DNA of 33,959 bases from Octopus sinensis (lineage: Eukaryota), in assembly GCF_006345805.1 (NCBI RefSeq), contig NW_021831953.1:1-33959 (forward strand), in the 5' to 3' direction. Numbering within the stretch: the stretch's first letter is position 1; each line of letters opens with the position of its first letter. Both the position numbers and the translations under genes were made by a program. Shown here piece after piece: positions 1 through 11,361 of this stretch. The notes below the pieces were generated by a model. It was not told where the DNA came from. It was given only the letters and a program-made list of their open reading frames with translations, and ran no database searches.

Positions 1-1
1 A

Positions 2-290
2 GAGAAGGGAATTCTTTATAAAGCTAAGCTACGAAAAGATGGCTCACGAGAATACAAGACATATATAGGAGCTTCGGGAAATATATGTAGCCCAATTCGG
101 GTGCCTACTTCCTAACGTGCCTACGAGAGATCATATGTCGTTATTTGACTGTCACAGGATATCGTACAGTGTCGTATATTCTAGGGCTGGATGCACAGGC
201 AAAATTCATCTTTCTATAAGATAAAGACAAGGATAATACAGCTCGTCTTGACGTCTTAATTAGTTGCACGATATGCACATTGTTTTTCCA
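2..290 (+). mobile_element. Degraded Penelope-like element, GIY-YIG endonuclease relic (cut by window start)
   Basis: Frame from base 2 reads EKGILYKAKLRKDGSREYKTYIGASGN, an ILY-x14-YIG bipartite motif like PLE GIY-YIG domains. A downstream frame has AKFIFL*DKDKDNTARLDVLISCTIC, loosely like the PLE C-terminal EK.FIL...LN.RSELIS.C segment. Stops and frameshifts are present. Confidence 0.5.
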
Positions 291-326
291 AGAGTATCTA
301 CGAGAATCCAGCAGGAAGTAATAATA

Positions 327-730
327 GGCGCAGGAGGGCCGTGTGGGAAGTAGCTTGTTTACGAACCACATGGTTCCGGGTTCAGTCACACTGCGTGGCA
401 CCTTGGGCAAGTGTCTTCTACTATAGCCTCGGGCCGACCAAAGCCTTGTGAGTGGATTTGGTAGACGGAAACTGAAAAGAATCCCGTCGTATATATGTAT
501 ATGTATGCGTGTGTGTGTTTGTGCGTCTGTGTTTGTCCCCCTAGCATTGCTTGACAACCGATGCTGGTGTGTTTATGTCCCCGTCACTTAGTGGTTCGGC
601 AAAAGAGACCGATAGAATAAGTACTGGGCTTACAAAAAGAATAAGTCCCGATGTCGAGTTGCTCGATTAAAGGCGGTGCTCCAGCATGGCCACAGTCAAA
701 TGACTGAAACAAGTAAAAGAGTAAAAGAGT
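327..730 (+). mobile_element. SINE family C (tRNA head, CORE-like domain, central microsatellite), full length
   Basis: A/B-box-like head (GGGTTCAGTC), CORE-like GCACCTTGGGCAAGT, central (TA/TG)n, 3' GGCGGTGCTCCAGCATGGCC and (AAAAGAGT)n tail. Homologous to 6721-7222 and 7717-8106. Confidence 0.9.
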
Positions 731-934
731 AATCGCATTAGGCTCAAAAGAAGAGCCCAAACACGGCTGCTACTGCTGAGCGGCATTTAACTGTACAATA
801 ATTATAAAGAATATTCCCCTATAATGGCCTTTGAATATAAACCAAGCAATATAAAGCTAGTGCGCGGTGCAAAAACAAATGTTGTGATCTACTATTAAAG
901 TTTGGCATCCTCCATCTTCGATTTATATTATCCT

Positions 935-1159
935 CATATATACATATATATGTGTAAATAAATAAATACATACACACACGCACACACACACACACACCAC
1001 ACATATATATATATAGGTATATGTACATACATATATATACATATATATATATCCTTTTATGTATAATATGTATATATATATATACATATATGTATATATG
1101 TACATATATGTATATATATGTATATATATACATCTATGGATATATATGATGTATATATA

Positions 1160-1204
<45 letters not shown>

Positions 1205-1402
1205 TATACATACACTCACACTAATATTATGAGAGAAATTCATATAGACGTTGTATCTACACACTTGGTGAAAATCTTACGCAAATGTTACATATACACA
1301 TATTTACGAATACATATATATCTATCCATCTTTCTCCCTCTCCCCCCTCTCTCTCTCTCTATATATATATATAGATATATATATATAGACATGCACAGAA
1401 GC

Positions 1403-1446
<44 letters not shown>

Positions 1447-1875
1447 ACGATATATACATCTATACATATATGTATGTATATATATGCATATATATGCGCG
1501 CGCGTGTGTGTATATATAATTGTGCATTCGTGTGTGTGTCTGTGTGTGATTGATACAAATACATATTCACATGTAATAACAATATACAAAGCAGTCATAC
1601 CGGTGCAGTGATAGGTTTGTTAGCTAACAAGAAGGCAATCCAATATTTCTATATACGACTTACTGCTCTCCAAAAGTATTGTTATTCCTCCGGTTTGCTA
1701 CATATAATGAGTGTAATTGAACAGCGTATCAACAAAACAGCTGCCACTTAGCTATATAAACGTACACACACACACACACACACAAAGATACACACCACAC
1801 ACATATATGTATATATATTATATATATATATGTGTGTGTGTATATACAATATACATTCTTACGTACATATTATAT

Positions 1876-1907
<32 letters not shown>

Positions 1908-2108
1908 CATATATATATAGATATACATATATATATATAGATATACATACATTTATACATACGTACATATCTATATAAATACATATATATATATATGCAT
2001 ATATGTATATTATTTGTGATTATTTGCATATCTGTCTCTAAACATGTATATAAGGATGTAAATAGATATATATATATATATATATATATATAAATGCATA
2101 TATATACA

Positions 2109-2141
<33 letters not shown>

Positions 2142-2181
2142 GATATATATATATATATACATACGTAATACTTATAAATAC

Positions 2182-2213
<32 letters not shown>

Positions 2214-2440
2214 GCACACAGTACATATATATGTGTGTGTGTGTGTGTAGATATGTATAAGTTGTATAGTTATATATGCATATGTGTGATTATGTATGTG
2301 CATTTGTATGTATATACGTATGTATAATTGCATGTATATATATATATATATATGTGTGTATTTACATGTATGTATATGTATGTATATATGTATAGAGTGA
2401 GAGAGAGAGAGAAAGAGAGAGAGAGAGACAAAGACTGAGA
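935..2440. repeat. Compound (TA)n/(CA)n/(TG)n/(GA)n microsatellite field with short unique islands
   Basis: Dinucleotide runs seen directly; they explain the YI/HT/CV-rich ORFs. Confidence 0.95.
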
Positions 2441-3299
2441 GATGTATATATTTGTTGGTATATGCAACTATGAAAAGCTCATGTACCGACTGACAAATCG
2501 AGTTAAACACATCACATTATTTTCTGCCTTTCTCTTTCTTTCGTTCTCCCCCTCCATCTTCCTCTATGTCTCTTTTGCTTGCATGTCACTCTCTATCATC
2601 TCTTTCCCTTCCCCCTCTCTCTCTCTCTCTCTCTCTCTCGCACTTTCTCATTTATTTGCATATAGAAATATATGTGTATAGCCTTATTCAACGGAGTGTG
2701 CGCTAGAACGCTTGTGCGTTTTTCTCTCTGTGCGTAAGTACGTTTCGTCTCATTATTTTCGAAGGATCGCGTACTTACGTACTTACCAATTCATACATAA
2801 GCTGATTGAATGGAAGAGTCTCTGACAAACATCTGCCACAGTGAACGCTTGTTGCAGATGGAATTAACAGACATTGAAAGATGCCGTATTGCCGGAAACT
2901 GTTTTTGCAAGAGAAACAAATATACAACAGCCATAACATACAATATGTGCGCGAAATACGCATACATGTACACTAACGAACGCGTTGCCATTTACAGACC
3001 ACACACAGCCATTGACACAAATATATGTACGCACTCGTACTCACACCGAAGCACTTATACATTTATATACACGTGCACAGGAACATATATACATCTCTGT
3101 TAACTTATTGTATATACGTTTATGCATAGTTATCAAAATGCATATGCATGTTCTCTGATGTAAATATGCTAACATGCACATAGAGTTCCACCCACATATG
3201 TATGAAGATAGATACAAGCGTACCTACATGTAAATATATATATATGTGTGTGTGTGTGTTTTGCATATATTTAAACATGCATACATACATGTAAATATA

Positions 3300-3490
3300 T
3301 TTGTATTTATATAAATATATATATTTATACATGCATACACATAAATAAATGTATTTGTATTTATATAAATATATATATTTATACATGCATACACATAGAT
3401 AAATGTATTTGTATTTATATAAATATATATATTTATACATGCATACACATAGATAAATGTATTTGTATTTATATAAATACATATATTTAT
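3300..3490. repeat. 54-bp minisatellite, about 3.5 copies
   Basis: Unit ATTTGTATTTATATAAATATATATATTTATACATGCATACACATA(A/G)ATAAATGT starts at about 3300, 3354, 3408 and 3462. Confidence 0.9.
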
Positions 3491-3814
3491 ATCAATATGA
3501 ATATATGTAAAACACATATATATAAACATACATATGTGTATATATACATACGTAAATTAGTATATACACATATACAGGAAATAAAAATATAGTTTTGTAT
3601 AAAATCTATGGAATGCACTAAATGCAGAAATGCGCAACATGTGTCTTGAAAAGAAAAGAAAAAGAAAATATATATATATTTGAAGGAATGTAAAGACATA
3701 CGAATAAATAAAAATGGCGTCGTTTGAGTAAATAAATGAACGTGATAGAAAGGAAGATCAAGTATGGAGGAAGAGAAGGAAATTGTAGGGAATGCATGTA
3801 AAGTTATAATATAC

Positions 3815-4111
3815 GAAGGCGCGTGGCCTAGTGGATAGAATATTGCATTCACAATCGTGGGATCGTGGGTTTGATTCAGAGACCGACTGCGCTTTGTGTT
3901 CGTGAGCAAAACACTTCATTCAACCTTGCTTCACTCCGCTCAGTTGTGATGGGTAATCATGAGACGAACTTGCGTTCCATCAGGAGGGGTGTCGACCTGC
4001 ACACCTACCCAACTGGGTGGTACCTTTCGAAAGCTAAAACAATATACAAAGCGTATTGTGACCAGCGTGCGTAACAACACCCGACACTTTGCTCCATACC
4101 GTGATACTGTG

Positions 4112-4113
<2 letters not shown>
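3815..4113 (+). mobile_element. SINE head B + tail 2 (old, diverged)
   Basis: tRNA-like head GGCGCGTGGCCTAGTGG...GGGTTTGATTC and GTGTTCGTGAGCAA domain. The 3' part (ATTGTGACCAGCG...GTGATA) is homologous to 9040-9136. Followed by (CA)n. Confidence 0.75.
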
Positions 4114-4157
<44 letters not shown>

Positions 4158-4207
4158 AAATACATATGTGTGTATGTTTGTATTCACACGTGTATATATA
4201 AGATGAA

Positions 4208-4438
4208 GGCGGCGAGCTGGCAGAAACGTTAGCACGCCGGGCGAAATGCGTAGCCGTATTTCGTCTGCCGTTACGTTCTGAGTTCAAATTCCGCCGAGGT
4301 CGACTTTGCCTTTCATCCTTTCGGAGTCGATAAATTAAGTATCAGTTACACACTGGGACTGATGTAATCGACTTAATTTGTTTGTCTGTCCTTGTTTTCC
4401 CCCTCTGCGTTTAGCCCCTTGTGAGCAATAAAGGAATA
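4208..4438 (+). mobile_element. SINE family D (tRNA head + Deu/Nin-like domain), monomer
   Basis: GGCGAGCTGGCAGAAACG A-box, GAGTTCAAATTCC B-box, and GAGGTCGACTTTGCCTTTCATCCTTTCGGAGTCGATAAATTAAGTA core. Many homologs in the window. Confidence 0.92.
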
Positions 4439-4442
4439 TATA

Positions 4443-4760
4443 TAAGATGCAACAGTTGTTTGGAGATATATGCATGAATTTAAGAAAAGGCGCATAGTTG
4501 ATCAAAGAAAAGCTGAATTCAAATACGAATCACTACAGATAACCTTGAGAATCCTTTAATCGTATTTATTCAATGGGTTCATCGCCAGCATCAATGGTTG
4601 TTTCGATACGTAGTCGCAAGTGCTGACATACCCAAATCGGATGAGCATTATCCATGTTCATCAGACCGATTTGAAACTAATCCTCAGTTTTTGTATCTGA
4701 GACAGTTTGTCAAAACAGTTTTTCTATCGAAGCGTCTTGATGACCTCATGACATTCTGGG
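4443..4760 (-). mobile_element. Possible Tc1/mariner-group transposase C-terminal relic
   Basis: Minus frame ends LMNMDNAHPIWVCQHLRLRIETTIDAGDEPIE*, similar to the ..ACxRFRSRIEAVIxAxGGxIE* terminus of DD37D/maT-like transposases. Upstream frames are broken and no catalytic motif was recovered. Confidence 0.4.
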
Positions 4761-5348
4761 TTTTCATATATAAGTGCAGTAGATACAATTTTCCTATATT
4801 CGCATATTCGATATGATTTTTTATATATATCAGCCATATATCACTGGAAGTGCAACTGCTTATGGGAAAACGCTGAACATCCTGTTTGTTTACGTGCTGT
4901 ATAATATTCTTTGATCGCTCTATCCTTGTTCCCTTCAATAATTAGACCTTTGTTTTTAGCGTTTTGAGCATCAGGGAAATACAGACACTACTGTAGTAAA
5001 TTCTTTGCTTGGCGATGAGTTTTTTCCGTTTTGAACCATCAAATGCGCATATATTTTGTTCAAATTACATCCCTTTATGACATGAGAATATTATTGCATT
5101 TCTTTCCAGTATTGACCATTACTGTTCTACAGCGAAATTGAAGGACACATTGATGTTTCTTACAGTTGTAGGCCTTAAAAAATAACGGAAAGAGTTTTGT
5201 AAAGTACGTGTCATCGGATTAGTGCGGAAATAGACGTACTTACTAACTGACCATCTCTTTAGAATTTTCGTTTGAAAAATTTGTTACGTGGGAGACACTT
5301 GTTTGCTTTTAAATACAAGTAGGAAGATCGTTGCCTAGGTCTTTTTAA

Positions 5349-5570
5349 CCCTTTTGATACCAATCCGCCTGAAACCGCCTCTGGCTCTGTAGTACAAATG
5401 TCTTATTTTCAAAACTTCTGCATTAAAATCTTCCACCAAACCTTAGTCACAGTTTATGTTCCTAACACTAGCTTAATGGTAACTATGTTATTTTATTAAA
5501 TTCTTTGTTATATTTAAAATTAATTAAAAGATACACAGAGCAGCTCAAAATAAATATGGTAACGAAAGGG
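5349..5570. mobile_element. piggyBac-type MITE
   Basis: TTAA on both sides (5345-5348, 5571-5574). Terminal inverted repeats CCCTTTTGATACCA / TGGTAACGAAAGGG with 2 mismatches. Non-coding interior. Confidence 0.8.
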
Positions 5571-5619
5571 TTAATGGTTGCCGCTTATCAGAAGCTATTT
5601 CAGACAAGGGAGGTAACTA

Positions 5620-6010
5620 CTGCAACAGGGGATTGAGAATAGAATGTAAAGCATTTCTGTGTTCAAATCATAAATTTTCGATAGTATTTTCTTCTTTTAG
5701 ATTATATTTACCAAAGGTTGTAAAGCTCATCCACCCGATCCCTTCATTCCACCTCCCCCGCTCATCAGTCACTATCTTGTTGGACTCGGAATGGTCTTAG
5801 AGAAGTCGTTTGAGACAGCTTGTTTAACGTTTATTAGATATTGCTGAGGAAATCAATAAGGCTATAGTTCACTGCCAAATAAGTGTTTTCGTTCTTGGCT
5901 ACAGGATTGGTTCGTGCAATGACAAAGCAATTTGCTATGTCAATCTGGCCTTCTAAGACTGTTTTAGACTTGCGTGCAGAACGTCAATATTTTGTACCTG
6001 TATCCAACAA
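5620..6010 (-). mobile_element. Degraded reverse-transcriptase core of an R4/Dong-like non-LTR retrotransposon
   Basis: Minus-strand peptides in the expected order: ARTNPVAKNENTYLAVNYSLI (like GRTxLIPKxxxxxxAKNYRPI), HSESNKIVTDERG (like HLExNNIxTEEQxG), and NL*FEHRNALHSILN (like WIDYRKAFDSVPH, mostly single-base codon changes). Stops and one frameshift. Confidence 0.65.
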
Positions 6011-6269
6011 TTAAGGTTTTTCTTGATGTCTTCATATTATTCAACTTTCCTACAGCTTCCGTTAAAGTTTCTTAGATGAATATGCAATTGTTAAATGTTG
6101 AAATTTGTGTAGAATTTGTTCCTTGTATTTGGCTATTATCAAGTAATCCGAATGAAATTCTTTTACATATTTTTGGCCAATGTAAACTAAGACGATTTCA
6201 CGAATATTAAATTCTTTATTTACGGAAATGTACTTGTATAGCGAGTGACTTGATCTGAGATCGTGTGCT

Positions 6270-6594
6270 GGAACGAAAACAATTGTAGCGTGGAAGTTGT
6301 TTATAAGCCATTTAAGAAACACACAAAAACCGTTAGATTCACTTCAACATTTAAATTTAATTTGTCAAAATATTTTCTTCGCTTTGAGACCGCGACCTGT
6401 TCACTGACAAAATTCTGAGCTGCATCTCAAAATTTTGATTCAGCATAGAATTTTGTCAGTGAACAGGTCGCGGTCTCAAAGCGACGAAAATATTTTGACA
6501 AATTAAATTTAAATGCTGAGTGAATCTAACGGTTTTGTGTGTTTCTTAAATGGTTTATAAACACCTTCCACGCTGCAAATTCTTTATTCGTTCA
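6270..6594. mobile_element. Fold-back (long inverted repeat) MITE-like element
   Basis: Arms of about 145 bp (6270-6416 and 6447-6594) are near-perfect reverse complements around a spacer of about 30 bp. Confidence 0.85.
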
Positions 6595-6720
6595 GATATA
6601 GCTTGGATATTAAAAGTAAACTTGTAGTTAATATCGGTTCGTTTAAGAAGCGATAAATGTTCTTTTAAACATTACCAATAACGAAAGTCTTCAATCGCCA
6701 TCTTGAGTTCTTCTTTGGAT

Positions 6721-7011
6721 TTTTTACTCTTTTACTCTTTTACTTGTTTCAGTCATGGGATGGTGGCCATGCTGGAGCACCGCATTTATTCGAGCAAATC
6801 GATCCCCAGGACTTATTCTTTGTAAGTCTAGTACTTATTATATCGGTGTCTTTTGCAGACTTCTAAGTTACGGTGACGTAAACACACCAGCATCGGTTAT
6901 CAAGCTATGTTGGGGGTACAAACACAAACACACAAACACACAAACACACACACACGCACACACGCACACACACAACGCACGCACACACGCACAACTACAC
7001 AACACATACAT

Positions 7012-7055
<44 letters not shown>

Positions 7056-7222
7056 CATATATTACGACGGGCTTCTTTCAGTTTCCGTCAACCAATCCAC
7101 TCACAAGGCTTTGATCGGCCCGAGGCTATAGTAGAAGACACTTGCCCAAGGTGGTGCCACGCAGCGGAATTGAACCCGGAACCATGTGGTTCGTAAGCAA
7201 GCTACTTATCACACAGCCACTC
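6721..7222 (-). mobile_element. SINE family C, full length with expanded central microsatellite
   Basis: Reverse complement of 327-730, including the (ACTCTTTT)n tail at the left end. Confidence 0.9.
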
Positions 7223-7716
7223 CATTTTATTTTTTAGAAGTTGAAATGTAGAAATCCAATTGTTTTAGTCAGTTTTTCATATAAAAAAAAGTTTGCTGCA
7301 GGGAGACTATTATCTCTGGTATATAATCACAGTATGCAAATCTTCATTTCTATATCTCAAGTTATAGATGTACGTTTTCCTTCAAGATTTTTGTATGTAC
7401 ATACTATTACCACACTCCCTGCAGCTAAATCCTAGATATTCTGTAGAAGTGATAGCAGCTGCTTACTGCCAGCTACTGATTGTCCAATGGGAGTTGTATA
7501 TTTTCATGTATATTTTCATGTAGATTCCAGCAGTATTTCCAAAATCTGAGACTGTTTACAGTGTTCTTTCTTTACGGAGATACATAAATCAGAGAAATAC
7601 AGTTAGTTAAGAGAAATTGAAAAATATTCATTAACGAGTAGAGTTTTTAGAAGTTTGGTAAGTCTATATATATTTCAAATTCGTCAGTCAGATCATTTCC
7701 ATACGGAGGTATACAC

Positions 7717-8106
7717 TTACTCTCTTTTACTCTTTTACTTGTTTCAGTCATTTGACTGCAGCCATGCTGGAGCACCGCCTTTAGTCGAGCAAATCGACAC
7801 CCGGGACTTATTCTTCGTAAGTCCAGTACTTATTCTATCGGTCTCTTTTGCCGAACCGCTTAGTTACGGGGACGTAAACACACCAGCAATGCTAGGGGGA
7901 CAGACACACAAACACACACATATATATATATATATACATATATACGACAGGCTTCTTTCAGTTTCCGTCTACCAAATCCACTCACATGGCATTGGTCGGC
8001 CCGGGGCTATAGCAGAAACACTTGCCCAAGGTGCCACGCAGTGGGACTGAACCCGAACCATGTGTTTGGTTAGCAAGCTACTTACCACACAGCCACTCCT
8101 GCGCCT
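7717..8106 (-). mobile_element. SINE family C, full length
   Basis: Reverse complement of 327-730 from head to tail. Confidence 0.9.
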
Positions 8107-8221
8107 ACGGCGATATTCAGTGATGGTGTTGCTAACGTAATGAACGCGGTCGTGTCTTTCCTCTCTGTCAGCGTTTAACAATTGTTGAATATCCTCAGCG
8201 GATCGGCTTATATTGAAGTGT

Positions 8222-8597
8222 GGAGGCGCAATGGCCCAGTGGTTAGGGCAGCGGACTCGTGGTCGTAGGATCGCGGTTTCGATTCCCAGACCGGGCGTTG
8301 TGAGTGATTTTTGAGCGAAAACACCTAAAGCTCCACGAGGCTCCGGCAGGGGATGGTGGTGATCCCTGCTGTACTCTTTCACCACAACTTTTTCTCACTC
8401 TTACTTCCTGTTTCTGTTGTACCTGTATTTCAAGGGGCCAGCTTTGTCACTTTCTGTGTCACGCTGAATATCCCCGAGAACTACGTTAAGGGTACACGTG
8501 TCTGTGGAGTGTTCAGCCACTTACACGTTAATTTCACGAGCAGGCTGTTCCGTTGATCGGATGAACCGGAACCCTCATCGTCGTAACCGACGGAGTG
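8222..8597 (+). mobile_element. SINE head A + tail 1
   Basis: GGAGGCGCAATGGCCCAGTGG A-box and GGTTTCGATTCC B-box. Tail CCTGTATTTCAAGGGGCCAGC...CGTAACCGACGGAGTG is shared with 11362-11700 and 9289-9569. Confidence 0.9.
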
Positions 8598-8834
8598 CTT
8601 CCCATCTTTCAAAAACCAAAAGACGCCTGTTGTTTATGCGCTTTAGACGTGACATGGAGGAGGAGCAGATGATCTCGATTTTGATACTGCTGTTGGCACT
8701 GGTTGCTTTGAGAAAAACAGCGAAATCATAAGTGAGATACAAAAATGAACAGAAGGAAAACACCTACCCCGAGAGATTTTTCTCATTCAATAAAATAAAA
8801 CGATGAAAGCCGTCATATGTGCGTGTGTACGTGT

Positions 8835-9136
8835 GAGGCACAATGGCCCAGTGGTTACGGCAGCGGACTCGCGGTTGTAGGATCGCGGTTTCGATTCCCT
8901 GACCGAGCGTTGTGAGTGTTTATTGAGCGAAAACACCAAAAAATTCCACGAGACTTCGGCAGGGGGGGGGCGATCCCTGCTGTACTCTTTCGCCACAACT
9001 TTCTTTCACTTTTCTCTCTTCTGTTGGCCTGCTCGCTTAGCCTGCGTGGTGGCGTCATTTGAAGGCTAAACAATGCGAAGTGCATTGTGACCAGCGATGT
9101 GTAGCAACATCTGATAGCCTGGTCGGTGACGGTGAT
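8835..9136 (+). mobile_element. SINE head A + tail 2
   Basis: Same head as 8222, but the 3' part is GAAGGCTAAACAATGCGAAGTGCATTGTGACCAGCG...GGTGATA, as in 3815-4113. Confidence 0.88.
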
Positions 9137-9140
9137 ATAT

Positions 9141-9234
9141 ATATATATATATAGTACCAGTTGTCTATATATACAATATATATGTTTATGTCTATATATA
9201 TATATATAGTACCAGTTGTCTATATATACAATAT
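9141..9234. repeat. Short direct duplication of about 40 bp
   Basis: TATATATAGTACCAGTTGTCTATATATACAATATA occurs twice. Confidence 0.85.
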
Positions 9235-9288
9235 AAACATAACCATGGATGGATGGATGGATGGATGACTGACTGGCACTCTATATAT

Positions 9289-9569
9289 TCCGGCAACGAG
9301 GATTCCAATTGTTCCAAGCAAAGGACCAGGTGAAATTAACGTGCAAATGGCTGAGTGCCCCACAGACACACGTACAGTTCAGGTAGTTCTCAGGGAGATT
9401 CAACGTGACACAGGTTGTAACAAGGCTGGCCCTTCGCAATACAGGTAATGCTCATTTTTTTGCCAGCTGAGTGAACACAGCTCAAGGACACAACTCACCA
9501 CCGGGAATTGAACACTCGACCTTACGAATGTGAACCGATTACCCTAACTACTAAGCCACGTTCCTTCAC
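9289..9569 (-). mobile_element. SINE head B + tail 1
   Basis: Minus strand: GGAACGTGGCTTAGTAG...GTTCAATTCC head and GTGTCCTTGAG domain, then the tail-1 sequence (CCTGTATT..GGGCCAGCCTTGT..GAGAACTAC..CACGTTAATTTCAC). Confidence 0.8.
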
Positions 9570-10019
9570 ACTCAGACACACACACACGAACATATATATA
9601 CATGTGTTTATGTATGTGCGTATATATGTAAGTACTTACGTAGCACGGAAATTTCGAACTTATATTACACTCAAATATATATAAACATGAACATACATAA
9701 AAGTACACGCGTGCCTGCACAGTACCTGCGTACGTATGTATACAAATATATATATATATTATACACAAACTTCAATCTATCTCTTTACCTATAATTATAT
9801 ATACCCATTAGCGATGTTTCTCTTGCCCTTATCTCTCCAACACCGTACACATAAGCACCAGTGATATGGCAGAGTGCAGCCATGATGTGTTAATTATCCA
9901 GCGTACAGACCGGCTATATAGAAACACCAGCAGTGTGAATGGACGTTAATTTTGTGCGGACTTTTAATTCAACCGAGAGAGAGAAGAGAGAGAGAATGCT
10001 TTTCCGATGTACGCATTGC

Positions 10020-10021
10020 AG

Positions 10022-10070
<49 letters not shown>

Positions 10071-10359
10071 CATACATATATACATTTATATATATATATA
10101 TACATACATACATTTATATATATATATATACATACATACATACATTTATATATATATATATATGTATATATATAAACATATACATATATGTATATACGTA
10201 TGTATGTATCTATGTAAATATTTATGCAGGTATAAGTTTATAAACACATCCACACACGCACAACTATGTGAGTATATATATATTCACATATATATAAATA
10301 TATATATATATATAGGAAAACATATACAGGTATATTCGTGTATATATAAACTGATACAG

Positions 10360-10395
<36 letters not shown>

Positions 10396-10420
10396 GTGTG
10401 TGTGTGTGTTGTATATAGCA
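10020..10420. repeat. (TA)n/(TACA)n microsatellite with repeats of about 30 bp
   Basis: Seen directly. Confidence 0.9.
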
Positions 10421-10812
10421 TATAGGCATTAATCTGTTGCATGATCAGTAATGAATACGCTAATTAAGTTGTGCTAATTAATTCAACGTTTCATAACAAT
10501 CTACTTATATATACTAATAGAATCTACGTGGTATTGCACCTATCAATAACATTTTCTTACTCACGCATCTTTATAAGTTGATGATAAGGCAGTCTTTCAG
10601 CCAGTCTCTCTCTCCCCTTCTCTCTCTCTCTCTCTCTTGCTTCACTTATGTTTCTTTTGTCCATCTTCTATCTCTCCCACTGACTCATTCATCTCAGACT
10701 TAGAGTCTCTACCTATATCTCTCTCTTCGTCACTTACTTTCACTTTCGCTTTAACGCACATATGTATATATGTGTTTACGTGTATTTAAATATCGAGTGT
10801 GTGGGAAGAATC

Positions 10813-10985
10813 TAGGCGCAGGAGTAGCTGTGTGGGAAGAAGATTGCTTCTCAACTACATGGTCCGGGATCTGTCCCACTGCGTGGCACCTTGGGCAAGT
10901 GTCTTCTGCTATAGCATCAGGCCGACCAAAGCCTTGTGAGTGGATTTGGTGGACGGAAACTGAAAGAAGCCCGTCGTATATATAT
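10813..10985 (+). mobile_element. SINE family C, 5' half
   Basis: Head and CORE-like part up to AAGCCCGTCGTATA, then (TA)n. The 3' half is not adjacent. Confidence 0.88.
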
Positions 10986-11115
10986 ATATATATAATATAT
11001 ATATATCTAATGAAGAATAAAATTTTTTTCGAAAAAAATATATTCTTTTTCAAAAAAATTTTTTATCAATGGCCAGCATATCAAAAAATACCTTTAAAGG
11101 TTAAATATATAAACA

Positions 11116-11223
11116 ATTCATAATTAAGGGAAACGAAAAAATTTTAATGCCAGATATGCCGAAAAAAACTATTTTTTGGCATATCTGGCATTAGAAATTT
11201 TTTCGTTTGCCCTAATTATGAAT
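11116..11223. repeat. Near-perfect palindrome (arms of about 52 bp, spacer of about 4 bp)
   Basis: ATTCATAATTAAGGGAAACGAAAAAATTTTAATGCCAGATATGCCGAAAAAA versus TTTTTTGGCATATCTGGCATTAGAAATTTTTTCGTTTGCCCTAATTATGAAT. Confidence 0.9.
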
Positions 11224-11225
11224 AT

Positions 11226-11270
<45 letters not shown>

Positions 11271-11293
11271 TATATATATATAATATATATATA

Positions 11294-11335
<42 letters not shown>

Positions 11336-11361
11336 TATATATATATGTATAATATACAGTC

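Noticed and set aside
4684-4938. 84-aa ORF as a host gene
   Set aside because: No recognisable domain; it overlaps a probable transposon relic.
8222-8300. tRNA gene (also the other A, B, C and D heads)
   Set aside because: The A and B boxes run into SINE bodies with no acceptor-stem closure or terminator, and they are multicopy SINE heads.
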